Part shown: one piece after another, positions 47,675 through 55,677 of the stretch
Numbering within the stretch: position 1 is the stretch's first letter
Layout of the letters: every line of letters starts with the position of its first letter
Assembly (NCBI GenBank): GCA_031127225.1
Contig: JARIEV010000001.1
Location: 4,930 to 68,929 of the forward strand
Origin: Gemmatimonadota bacterium
Lineage (GTDB): Bacteria; Gemmatimonadota; Gemmatimonadetes; Gemmatimonadales; Gemmatimonadaceae
Direction: 5' to 3'
Length of the DNA: 64,000 nucleotides
Translations under genes and position numbers: made by a program
Notes under the pieces: generated by a model
What the model was told of the DNA's origin: nothing
Seen by the model: only the letters and a program-made list of their open reading frames with translations
Database searches by the model: none

Positions 47675-47890
47675 GTGCCGACTCCCGTGCAGTCTGGCGC
47701 TGGCCGTATCGTGCAGGTCCGTATGCGGCCGCTTACGCTGGCTGAGCGTGGAATTGAGACGCCGACGGTCAGTCTTCGAGATCTGATCAGTGGCGCCCGA
47801 CCCGGCATTGGCGGATCCACGCAGGTTGCCCTCGCCGACTATGCCCGGGAGATCGTGTCGTCCGGATTCCCTGCCATTCGGCGAGAGTCG
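47675..47890 (+). pseudogene. Internal fragment of an AAA+ ATPase (AAA_14/DUF4143 type)
   Basis: SGAGRIVQVRMRPLTLAERG..PTVSL..L...DY..EIV.SGFP matches this family from memory; no Walker A motif or C-terminal domain. Confidence 0.65.
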
Positions 47891-47967
47891 CTGCCTCGTA
47901 TCTTCGCCTCGCCGTCGACCGTGATGTTCGGGAGTCCGGGGTCAACTCGGCGTTGCTCGGGCCATAG

Positions 47968-48010
47968 CGAAAAGCGCGGGGCGACCGTGATGGTCACCCC
48001 GCGCTTTTCG
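47968..48010. terminator. Bidirectional intrinsic terminator after the fasciclin gene
   Basis: CGAAAAGCGCGGGGCGACC-GTGAT-GGTCACCCCGCGCTTTTCG. Confidence 0.8.
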
Positions 48011-48049
48011 TACTCTGTACTCCGTGCTGCTTACTTCGCAGTTACTGAG

Positions 48050-48535
48050 TTACTTGGCCGGCGGCAGGATCACGGCGTCGATCACGTGGATCACGCCATT
48101 CTTGGCCGCGATGTCCGTCTTCACAACGTGCGCGTTGTTGAGCATGACCGTGCTGCCCATGAGCATGACCTTCGCCTCGGCGCCCTGCACCGTCTTCGCG
48201 CCCTTGCCGTTCAGCTTCACGACGTCGGCCGCCATCACCTTACCGGCGACGACATGATACAGGAGCACGTTCTTGAGCGCGGCCTTGTCGGCCAGGAGGG
48301 CGTCGAGCTGCGCCTTCGGGATCTTGGCGAAGGCTTCGTCGGTCGGGGCGAACACCGTGAACGGGCCCGGGCCCTTGAGCGTCTCGATCAGGCCAGCAGC
48401 CGTGAGGGCCGTGGCGAGCGTCTTGAACGAACCGGCCGCGACGGCCGTCTCCACGATGTCCTTGTCCTGCGCCTGCGAGACCGTCGGGGCCGCCATCGCG
48501 ATCATGGCAGAGGCCACCAGCATAAACTTACGCAT
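48050..48535 (-). CDS. Secreted fasciclin (FAS1) domain protein
   Basis: Signal peptide, [47 protein letters not shown]; GGAG RBS. Confidence 0.95.
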   Translation of the reverse strand: MRKFMLVASAMIAMAAPTVSQAQDKDIVETAVAAGSFKTLATALTAAGLIETLKGPGPFTVFAPTDEAFAKIPKAQLDALLADKAALKNVLLYHVVAGKVMAADVVKLNGKGAKTVQGAEAKVMLMGSTVMLNNAHVVKTDIAAKNGVIHVIDAVILPPAK

Positions 48536-48567
48536 CAGATCGAGCTCCAGAAATTTCAGTGTTTGGT

Positions 48568-48587
48568 TTAGGACCAACCGGTCCTAA
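48568..48587. promoter_or_regulatory. Palindromic putative operator upstream of the fasciclin gene
   Basis: TTAGGACC-AACC-GGTCCTAA, perfect 8-bp arms in the divergent intergenic region. Confidence 0.5.
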
Positions 48588-48790
48588 CACGAGATTTAAC
48601 ACGGGCTCGGGTGTGCTGGTTCCGCGATCACGAGACTGTGACAAAGTGCGTCGCTGGTTCGGAATCCAAGATCTAGTGGTGGCATGGTGGCCAGGCGATC
48701 CCCAGTGGGCTGGCGGTGCGGACGCGGCGCCCGCAGACTCATTGTGGAACGCGACCCGGCGGCACCGACTATGAAGTCCCAACGACGACA

Positions 48791-50146
48791 ATGCCCAATC
48801 AACCTGCCTCCCTCACCCCACCGACCGCCCCGCCCGTGAAAAGTGGCTCGGGAGCCGTGGGCATGCTCATGGGATCCGTTGGAGGATTGGTCGTCGGACT
48901 CGGCCTCGGGATCGCCGGACACGAAACCGGATCGACTGTCCTCGCCGGCGTCGGCCCCTACATCAAAGCGTTCGGGGCAGGGTGGATGAATGCACTGACC
49001 GCTCTGGTGCTGCCGCTGATGGTCGCTAACATCGTCACGGCGGTCCTGCAGAGCCGGGACGCCCGCGCCACCGGCAAGATCAGTGCGTACGCGCTCGGAC
49101 TGTTCGTGGCGGCGCTACTCCTAGGGACGGCCTTCACGCTGGTGGTGGTCCCGCCGTTCATCTCCGTGCTCCCGCTCGATGCCAACGTGGCCGCCTCACT
49201 GTCGGCCACGCTCACCCCCGCAGCGCGCGCGGCGGCGGCGACGGCTCCCGTGCTGTCCACGCCCTCCGACATCGTGAGCGTGTTCATTCCGCGCAACGTG
49301 TTCAAGTCGGCGGTCAACGACGATCTGCTTCCCATCCTCATCTTCTCGATCGCCTTCGGCTTTGCCGTGAGCCATGTGCGCGGCGCGGGGCGCGACCTGC
49401 TCGCGGCGGTGTTCAGCGCCCTTGCCGAGGCGCTGCTCGTGCTGGTGAGCTGGATCCTGAAGCTCCTCCCCCTCGGCGCCTTCGCGCTGGCGTATTCGTT
49501 TTCCGCGGGAGCAGGAATGCAGGCGGCCGGCGTGCTGGCGCAGTTCACCCTGATCACCTGCGCCTCCATGCTCGCCTTCACCGCGTTGTTGTACCCGGTG
49601 TCGGCGCTCCTGGGCGGTGTCTCGCTGCGGCAGTTCGCGTTGGCCGTGCTGCCGGCGCAGATCTCCGCCGTGTCCACCCGCTCGTCGATCGCCTCGCTGC
49701 CGGCGTTGCTGCAGGGGGCGCAGACACACCTGCGCATGGACCCTGCCGTGGCCAACCTCGCCCTGCCGTTGTCGGTGGCCGTGTTCAAGGTCAATCGCAC
49801 GATCTCGTCCACGGTGAAGATGCTGTTCATCGCCCATCTCTTCGGCGTGCCAGTTGGGGCGGCGCAGATCGTCGTCTTCACCGCGACGATTGTGATGCTC
49901 AGTTTCACTTCACTGGGTGTGCCGGGCGGCGGCACCGCCTTCAAGTCGATGGCGGCCTATCTCGCCGTGGGATTACCCATCGAAGGCGTCATCCTGCTGG
50001 AGGCGGTCGATGTGATCGCCGACGTGTTCAAGACCCTGCTCAACGTGACCGGCGACATGTCAGTGGCCGTCATCCTCAACCGATTTACCGCCGCGGCGCC
50101 CGCATTCTCGCCTCGATCTCCCGCACTTCCCGCGGACCCGACGTGA
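48791..50146 (+). CDS. Dicarboxylate/amino acid:cation symporter (DAACS, GltP-like)
   Basis: IP.NVF, STRSSIASLP hairpin, GVPG, GLPIEG..L..VD...D.FKT..NVTGD. Confidence 0.88.
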   Translation: MPNQPASLTPPTAPPVKSGSGAVGMLMGSVGGLVVGLGLGIAGHETGSTVLAGVGPYIKAFGAGWMNALTALVLPLMVANIVTAVLQSRDARATGKISAYALGLFVAALLLGTAFTLVVVPPFISVLPLDANVAASLSATLTPAARAAAATAPVLSTPSDIVSVFIPRNVFKSAVNDDLLPILIFSIAFGFAVSHVRGAGRDLLAAVFSALAEALLVLVSWILKLLPLGAFALAYSFSAGAGMQAAGVLAQFTLITCASMLAFTALLYPVSALLGGVSLRQFALAVLPAQISAVSTRSSIASLPALLQGAQTHLRMDPAVANLALPLSVAVFKVNRTISSTVKMLFIAHLFGVPVGAAQIVVFTATIVMLSFTSLGVPGGGTAFKSMAAYLAVGLPIEGVILLEAVDVIADVFKTLLNVTGDMSVAVILNRFTAAAPAFSPRSPALPADPT

Positions 50147-50441
50147 GCCACGTGAGGCGTCCGTCGGCCGTAATCACGTAGTCGTCCTCGATGCGCACGC
50201 CGATATCGCGGTCGCACGCCACGGCAGCGGCGAGCCGCGACTGCCGGCACTGCCGCTGGCCGTCACGTGAACAGGCATATGTGGCGTCGGGTGATTCGAT
50301 CAGGCCGAGGCGGGCCAGGCGGCACATTCGCGTGCGCCGATGGCCGGCGGGGCGCTTGCTGGGCGCTTGCTGGGCGCTTGCTGGGCGCTGGCTGCGCGCC
50401 GCCACAGACGGTGACAGCAGGAGGGCGACGATGCCCGCCAT
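50085..50441 (-). pseudogene. Internally deleted Xaa-Pro aminopeptidase (M24B) remnant
   Basis: Signal-like N-terminus, LARLGLIESPDATY patch and C-terminal IGVRIEDDYVIT..G...L....PREV.EIE; the catalytic core is missing. Confidence 0.7.
50350..50393. repeat. 11-bp tandem repeat (GGGCGCTTGCT) x3-4
   Basis: Directly visible inside the aminopeptidase remnant. Confidence 0.75.
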
Positions 50442-50493
50442 CAGGCGCCGTACGCTGTCGCGCCGCGCGATCGTGTCACGTGCGCGTGCGGCG

Positions 50494-51093
50494 TTACCGC
50501 AGCAGCGCGCTGCTGATGACGCTCTCCAGGAGCCCCAGCCCGAAGTAGGCGATGAGCACCGTGATGTCGATCATGCCGATGGTGGGCACCACCTGACGCA
50601 GCGGGGCGAGGAACCATTCGGTGAGCACGTACGACCAGCGCCACCACTTGGAGTACGGGCCGCCGCCCACCCAGCTCGCGATCACGCGGGCAAAGAGCGC
50701 GAGGCGCAGGACACTGAAGGTCCAGCGCACGAGCAGCGCCGCGAGCGAGGCGGTGGAGCCGCTCATGTAGGCCAGCATCGCCAGCTGATCGCGCAGGAAG
50801 CCGACGGCCGAGAGCAGCACGAGCCCGCCCACCACGACCGCCGCGAGCGCCCACCAGGGCGCGGCGTATGGCGTGCCGCCGGCGCGGAGGATGCGGCGCT
50901 CCATCGGGGCGATCAGCCACGGATCCACCCGGTCGCGGGTGAAGCGCGCGAGGGGGGAGAAGGGGGACATCCGCCGGGTGCGGGCGCTGTATGACACCAG
51001 CGCCGCCACGGCGGTAAGGGCACCGGCCGCAAACACCGCAGGGCGGAGCAGGGCGAGGAGCAGATCAAGGAGACCGACGGCAGATCCGAGCAT
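50494..51093 (-). CDS. YggT family membrane protein (two YGGT repeats)
   Basis: RVIASW......W..LTEWFLAPLRQVVPTIGMIDIT. Confidence 0.85.
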   Translation of the reverse strand: MLGSAVGLLDLLLALLRPAVFAAGALTAVAALVSYSARTRRMSPFSPLARFTRDRVDPWLIAPMERRILRAGGTPYAAPWWALAAVVVGGLVLLSAVGFLRDQLAMLAYMSGSTASLAALLVRWTFSVLRLALFARVIASWVGGGPYSKWWRWSYVLTEWFLAPLRQVVPTIGMIDITVLIAYFGLGLLESVISSALLR

Positions 51094-51277
51094 ACGAGAA
51101 AGATACTCTGGCGCCGGGGCTGGGGTTCAGGGGAGCGCCCCCTGCAGCGGGCGCGCGGCGTTTTCACCCCGGTCGCAACGCGGCGGTGGGGCGGTGGCCC
51201 GCCGACCCCGTATCGTGTGGTTCGAGCGGCTGGTTCGCCCTTGCGTGTGTGAAAACAACTGAAGAAAATAGGACTGA

Positions 51278-51349
51278 GTGCTATTCACCCGTTTCCCGCT
51301 GACCACCCGCACGGTGCGCCTCGAGGCATTCGACCCGTATGATGACTAG
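51278..51349 (+). pseudogene. Possible C-terminal stub of the toxin partner of the MqsA-like gene
   Basis: 23-aa ORF VLFTRFPLTTRTVRLEAFDPYDD overlapping the antitoxin start; only loosely resembles MqsR-type C-termini. Confidence 0.3.
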
Positions 51350-51854
51350 ACGCTCCCCAGACTTGCGGCCCGATGCTGTCGTCCTACGGTGCGCTGCCTG
51401 TGGAGACGGACAGTTTCAGGAGACCAACGTCGAAGGCCGTGCGTTTCCCTATCGCGACGAGCGCGCGCTGACGCTGACGCAGGCCCTGCTCCTCCCGGTG
51501 TGCACCGTCTGCGGGGAGGTGCGGGAATCGGCGCAACACGCCGCTTCGCTGGACCGCTTGCTCCACGCAGCATACGTCGCGCGTCGCGCGGCGCAGACGC
51601 ACGAATTGGTCGCGCAGTTAACGGCCGCCGGCTGGCGACAAGTGGACATCGAGCAGACGATGGCACTGTCCGCGGGCTACCTCAGCAAGGTGCTCAGAGG
51701 GGAAAAGCTCCTCGCGCCATCGACCTTCCGCCATCTGATCCATCTCGCGCTGCACCCCCGAGAGGCGCTCCGGGATCTCGCACCGTTCTTCCCACAGTCG
51801 CGTGACATTGAGTCGACGCTGGAGCGCCGCGGGGCGTTTGCCGCCTCGCGATGA
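51339..51854 (+). CDS. MqsA-like antitoxin (CxxC...CxxC zinc ribbon plus XRE HTH)
   Basis: CAAC...CTVCGE, then QVDIEQTMALSAGYLSKVLRGEK HTH. Confidence 0.75.
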   Translation: MMTRRSPDLRPDAVVLRCAACGDGQFQETNVEGRAFPYRDERALTLTQALLLPVCTVCGEVRESAQHAASLDRLLHAAYVARRAAQTHELVAQLTAAGWRQVDIEQTMALSAGYLSKVLRGEKLLAPSTFRHLIHLALHPREALRDLAPFFPQSRDIESTLERRGAFAASR

Positions 51855-51857
51855 GCG
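51811..51857 (+). repeat. 47-bp direct repeat, copy 1 (3' end of the MqsA-like gene)
   Basis: 46/47 identical to 52433-52479. Confidence 0.9.
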
Positions 51858-51923
51858 CACCGGCGTGCGAATGGTGTGCGGGTCTCTCGTCGGCCGACGT
51901 ATGCCGTCGGGTCTCGCGCCGAG

Positions 51924-51952
51924 TTGCCGGTTAATAGCAATATTGCTAACAT
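51924..51952 (+). promoter_or_regulatory. Sigma70-like promoter with a 14-bp palindromic operator
   Basis: TTGCCG-17bp-TAACAT; TAGCAATATTGCTA at 51935-51948 overlaps the spacer and -10. Confidence 0.7.
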
Positions 51953-51974
51953 GTGAGTGGGTGCAGCAGGCGAC

Positions 51975-52072
51975 ATGAGCGCCCGCCGGAAACGATCGGT
52001 TGAATTCGCCGCGAGCGCGTCGCGGCCCGATTCCTGTTGGCTGAGCAACATTACCGCGGACACCAGCGATGA
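51975..52072 (+). pseudogene. Internally deleted RelE/HigB (Gp49-like) toxin
   Basis: N-stub MSARRKRSVEFAASA joined out of frame to C-stub RVAARFLLAEQHYRGHQR*; its TGA overlaps the antitoxin ATG. Confidence 0.65.
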
Positions 52073-52434
52073 ACGGCAGCAAATCGAACAACGGCACAGG
52101 TGACGAAGAGACGATCGAGGCCGGCAGCGACAATGTCTTTGCCGATCTCCATCGACCGAACCCGCAGGAGCGGCTCTCGAAAGCCCTCCTCGCCCGGGCG
52201 ATCCAAGAGATCGTCAAGCGGCGTGCCTGGACGCAGGTGCGAGCCGCACGTCACGTCGGTTTGGCGGCGTCGGACATGAGCGATGTCATGCGCGGAAAGC
52301 TCGCGCGATTCAGTCTCGATCGACTGGAGTCCGTTCTGCTCGACCTGCAGATGGACGTGCACATCATCATCCGACCCGTGTCGGCTGAGGGGCGACGTGG
52401 GACAGTCACGGTGGAACTCCTCGGCGCCGATTAG
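52069..52434 (+). CDS. XRE/HTH_37 antitoxin (HigA2-like)
   Basis: GSDNVFADL, WTQ..AA..G....DMS...RGKL.RFSLDRL, MDVHIIIRP. Confidence 0.85.
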   Translation: MNGSKSNNGTGDEETIEAGSDNVFADLHRPNPQERLSKALLARAIQEIVKRRAWTQVRAARHVGLAASDMSDVMRGKLARFSLDRLESVLLDLQMDVHIIIRPVSAEGRRGTVTVELLGAD

Positions 52435-52479
52435 TCGGCGCTGGAGCGCCGCGGGGCGTTTGCCGCCTCGCGATGAGCG
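52433..52479 (+). repeat. 47-bp direct repeat, copy 2
   Basis: 46/47 identical to 51811-51857. Confidence 0.9.
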
Positions 52480-52551
52480 TAATCGGTTTTGTCCCCTACT
52501 CGAAGAGCGACACGGTAAGGGCGGGCAGCAGCAGTCCAGCCGCCCTTTGAT

Positions 52552-52580
52552 TTGACAAGCGACACGTGTCACTTTACATA
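52552..52580 (+). promoter_or_regulatory. Sigma70-like promoter with a palindromic operator upstream of higA
   Basis: TTGACA-17bp-TACATA with GACACGTGTC (52561-52570) in the spacer. Confidence 0.75.
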
Positions 52581-52594
52581 CATGTTGAGCCCCA

Positions 52595-52642
52595 ACGACT
52601 CAGAACTTTCGACGCCAAGGGCTTGAGCTGCTGTTCTACCAA
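52595..52642 (+). pseudogene. HigB toxin remnant
   Basis: TTQNFRRQGLELLFY resembles the HigB N-terminus (MI.SF.HKGL..FF) with the start degraded to ACG; the rest is absent. Confidence 0.55.
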
Positions 52643-52654
52643 CCGGAGCCTCCC

Positions 52655-52963
52655 ATGGCGATGAAGAACCCCGCGCATCCCGGCCGTGTGGTGCGCGCCA
52701 TGTGCCTGGACCCGAACGGTCTCAGTGTGACGGAAGCGGCCGCCGGACTCGGCGTGTCCCGGCAGGCCCTGAATAACGTGGTCAACGGGAAGGCGGCCAT
52801 GAGCCCCGAGATGGCGGTCCGCCTTGAGAAGCGCTTCGGCGGAAGCGCCGAGATGTGGCTCTCGCTCCAACTGGCATTCGACTTGGCGGCAGCGTACAAG
52901 AAAGCGGGCGCGATTCGCGTCGAGCCGTTCAAGGCGGGCGCTCACGTATCATCGGCGGCGTAG
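52655..52963 (+). CDS. higA: HigA family addiction-module antitoxin
   Basis: MKNPAHPG, LSVTEAA..LGVSRQAL...VNGK...SPEMAVRL...FGGSAE.WL.LQ..FDL; GGAG RBS. Confidence 0.92.
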   Translation: MAMKNPAHPGRVVRAMCLDPNGLSVTEAAAGLGVSRQALNNVVNGKAAMSPEMAVRLEKRFGGSAEMWLSLQLAFDLAAAYKKAGAIRVEPFKAGAHVSSAA

Positions 52964-54240
52964 CCGCGCCGCGCCCTCCGCCCCGCCACGTGCCCCAGCG
53001 CCGCCCCGGCCGCCAGGCACGCCGCCATCAGCGCCCAGTCCCGCGCGCTTACCGGGGCCACCCCAAACACCCGCGGCATCGCCGCCGCCCCCGCCCAGAG
53101 CCACACCACGGCCACGCCCAGCACGCGCCACCGCCGCGGGGATGCCTGTATTCCCCACCATCCTACCGGCATCATCAGCGCAGTAAGCCAGCAGATATGC
53201 GCCAATAGTTCAAAAGCGCCCCCGAGGTCGAACACGGTCTGGATCAGCGCCCACCCAATCACCGGCGTCAGCGCCAGCGTGCGGCTTTCCTGAAACTCGG
53301 CCCACGTGGCCGTCAGCCGCAGCGTATCGGGGGCGCTCCACGCCTCCAGCACCAACGGCCGCGGGTCGTCCACCGACCGGCCGGCGAACACGCCCTCGAC
53401 GCGCAGCGTTGGCATGGCCAGCCCCCAATCCCACGCGCGCCGCGTGACGTCGAGCGTCGCGGCGAGATCGTTTTCGGCCACCATCGCCACCGGCGACTCG
53501 TCGCCGATCACGTGCAGGAACACCGCCGGCACCTCGAACGGCTCCCGGTCCCGACCGCGCAGTACGGTCCGCAGCGCCACCGTGGCCGGCTCGCGCGAGA
53601 CCTGTACGATCACCGGACCGGTGCCGCGATGGGTGGTGCCGAACCCGTTCACCGACACGGAGTCGATCAGCCCGCCGTACCACGCCATCCTCGGCACATG
53701 GGTCAGCGCACTGGTGGCGTAGCGTGCCGAAGTGGCCCCGTCGTTCCGCGCCGCGCGGGCGACTCCCGACCGCGGGCCCAGCGCCGCACTGGTGAGCGCG
53801 AACAGCGCGACCACCCCCGCCGCCCATCCCCACGCCAAGCGTGTGGCTACCCGCCACGACGCCGGCCGCAGCCACCCGCGCCGCGCGACCAGCCACGCGC
53901 CGGCCACTCCGCCCAGCGTGTTCGCCACCACATCGGCCCACGCCGGGGAACGCGCCGGCGGCACGCCGACGGATTGCAGGAACTCCACCCCCAACGAGTA
54001 CGCGGCGGAGCAGAGGAGTACCGCCCACCACCGCACCCCCAGCATCGCGAGCGCGACGCCAAAGGGTGCGAACAGCACCACGTTGCTGATGCCGTCGGTG
54101 AGCCACAGACCACCGCACGCCAGACACCAGCGCCCGGGCATGCGGTGCGCCGCAATCGCGTTGAAGGGCGCCAGGGTCGCGACCGCAACGAGCCCCACGC
54201 CCGCCACGAGTAGGGCCCACCACACCCAAGTTTTACTCAT
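52942..54240 (-). CDS. VanZ-like membrane protein with a large extracytoplasmic domain
   Basis: D.ISNVVLFAPFG, VEFLQ, R....DVVANTLG. Confidence 0.75.
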   Translation of the reverse strand: MSKTWVWWALLVAGVGLVAVATLAPFNAIAAHRMPGRWCLACGGLWLTDGISNVVLFAPFGVALAMLGVRWWAVLLCSAAYSLGVEFLQSVGVPPARSPAWADVVANTLGGVAGAWLVARRGWLRPASWRVATRLAWGWAAGVVALFALTSAALGPRSGVARAARNDGATSARYATSALTHVPRMAWYGGLIDSVSVNGFGTTHRGTGPVIVQVSREPATVALRTVLRGRDREPFEVPAVFLHVIGDESPVAMVAENDLAATLDVTRRAWDWGLAMPTLRVEGVFAGRSVDDPRPLVLEAWSAPDTLRLTATWAEFQESRTLALTPVIGWALIQTVFDLGGAFELLAHICWLTALMMPVGWWGIQASPRRWRVLGVAVVWLWAGAAAMPRVFGVAPVSARDWALMAACLAAGAALGHVAGRRARRGYAADDT

Positions 54241-54330
54241 AACCCAAAACCCATAACACAGAACTCAAAACCCACCGCCCCCAGCCCACCACCCCAGCCC
54301 ACCGCCCACCGCCCACAGCCCACAGCTCCC
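54241..54330. repeat. Intergenic degenerate heptamer array (AACCCAN / AGCCCAC, about 13 units)
   Basis: aacccaa aacccat aacacag aactcaa aacccac ... cgcccac cgcccac agcccac. Confidence 0.75.
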
Positions 54331-54333
54331 CTC

Positions 54334-55506
54334 CTACCGCAGCACCGCCTTCGCAATCGTATTCAGCTGCATGTTGCTCGTCCCTTCGTAGATCGTGCCG
54401 ATCTTGGCATCGCGGTAGAACTTCTCCACCGGATAGTCGCGCGTGTAGCCGTAGCCGCCGAACAGCTCCACGCACAGCGACGTCACCTTCTCGCACATCT
54501 GCGACGAGTACAGCTTGGCCATCGCCCCTTCGCGCGCGATATCCTGCCCGGCATCCTTCAGGCGCGCTGCGTTGTACACCATGAGCCGCGCGGCCTCGAG
54601 CTCGGTGGCGGCCTGTGCCACCTGAAACTGAATCCCCTGAAACTCGGCGAGCGCCTTGCCGAACTGCTTGCGCTCCTTGAGGTGCGATACCGCCGCCGAC
54701 AGCGCGCCCTGCGCCACGCCCAGCATTTGGGCGCCGATCCCGATCCGTCCTTCGTTCAGCGTTTCGATCGCGATCTTGTAGCCGGTGCCCACCTCGCCCA
54801 GCACGTTCGCGTCGCTCACGAAGGCGTTCTCGAAGTGCAGCGACGTCGTGCTGGAGGCGCGGATCCCCAGCTTGTCTTCCTTTTTGCCAACGGAAAATCC
54901 GGCGGCGCCGCGCTCCACGATGAACGCCGTGATCCCCTTGTAGCCCATGTCGGGGCGCGTGTTCGCGAACACAACGAACACATCGGCCTCACCGCCGTTG
55001 GTGATCCACGCCTTCGAGCCGTTCAGCGTCCAGCCACCGTCCACCTTTTCGGCGCGTGTGGCCAGTCCGAACGCATCCGAGCCCGAGCCCGGCTCCGACA
55101 ACGCGTACGCGCCGATCGTCCCCGACGTCATGCGCGGCAGGATCCGCGCGCGCTGTTCGGCGTTGCCGTACCGGAAAAGCGGGTAGTTCACGAGCGTGTT
55201 CTGCACGTCCACCTGAATGGCCGCCGACGCATCCACCTTGCTGAGTTCTTCCACCGCGATCGTCACCATCATCAACGACCCACCGGCGCCGCCGAACTCG
55301 TCGGGGAGCTCGATGCCCATGAGCCCGAGTTCCACGAACTTCGCCGTGAGCGCGGGATCGATCTTGCCGGCCTCTTCCATGGCCCGCACGCGCGGTCGCA
55401 CCTCCGACTCGGCCAGATCGGCCACGGCGGCGCGGAACAGCGCCTCCTCTTCGGAGAGCATCGTGAGGGGAGGGCGCGAGAGGTCGGGGAGGGAGGAAGC
55501 AGTCAT
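54334..55506 (-). CDS. Acyl-CoA dehydrogenase (short/branched-chain type)
   Basis: YALSEPGSGSDA, LNGSKAWITNG, KLGIRASST, RKQFGK..FQ, IYEGTSNMQ. Confidence 0.94.
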   Translation of the reverse strand: MTASSLPDLSRPPLTMLSEEEALFRAAVADLAESEVRPRVRAMEEAGKIDPALTAKFVELGLMGIELPDEFGGAGGSLMMVTIAVEELSKVDASAAIQVDVQNTLVNYPLFRYGNAEQRARILPRMTSGTIGAYALSEPGSGSDAFGLATRAEKVDGGWTLNGSKAWITNGGEADVFVVFANTRPDMGYKGITAFIVERGAAGFSVGKKEDKLGIRASSTTSLHFENAFVSDANVLGEVGTGYKIAIETLNEGRIGIGAQMLGVAQGALSAAVSHLKERKQFGKALAEFQGIQFQVAQAATELEAARLMVYNAARLKDAGQDIAREGAMAKLYSSQMCEKVTSLCVELFGGYGYTRDYPVEKFYRDAKIGTIYEGTSNMQLNTIAKAVLR

Positions 55507-55677
55507 CGCCGTCGGGGTAGGGGAAGTGGTCCCGTTTGATTTAAGGTTTCGTGTGGCGAATGAGAAGCGGTCGGGCGTGACGGCATCGCGGTCGATTCGT
55601 CCGCATGCGTTGGCACTCCGCTTGCAGAGATGCGTGGCAGTGAAACAGAACCGTCGCAAGGAATCACGGGACACGCC

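Noticed and set aside
47654-48571. 305-aa plus-strand ORF as a real gene
   Set aside because: Chimera of the ATPase fragment reading through a terminator into the antisense of the fasciclin gene
51122-51146. GGGGTTCAGGGGAGCGCCCCCTG as an IS200/IS605-type end
   Set aside because: Short single hairpin with no transposase or second end in the window
51811-52479. Integron cassette array or CRISPR interpretation of the 47-bp repeats
   Set aside because: Only two copies, ~575-bp spacing, no RYYYAAC/GTTRRRY attC cores, and no integrase or cas genes
54241-54330. Small ORF 54233-54496 or CRISPR in the C-rich spacer
   Set aside because: Low-complexity heptamer array without unique spacers; the ORF overlaps the acyl-CoA dehydrogenase gene out of frame
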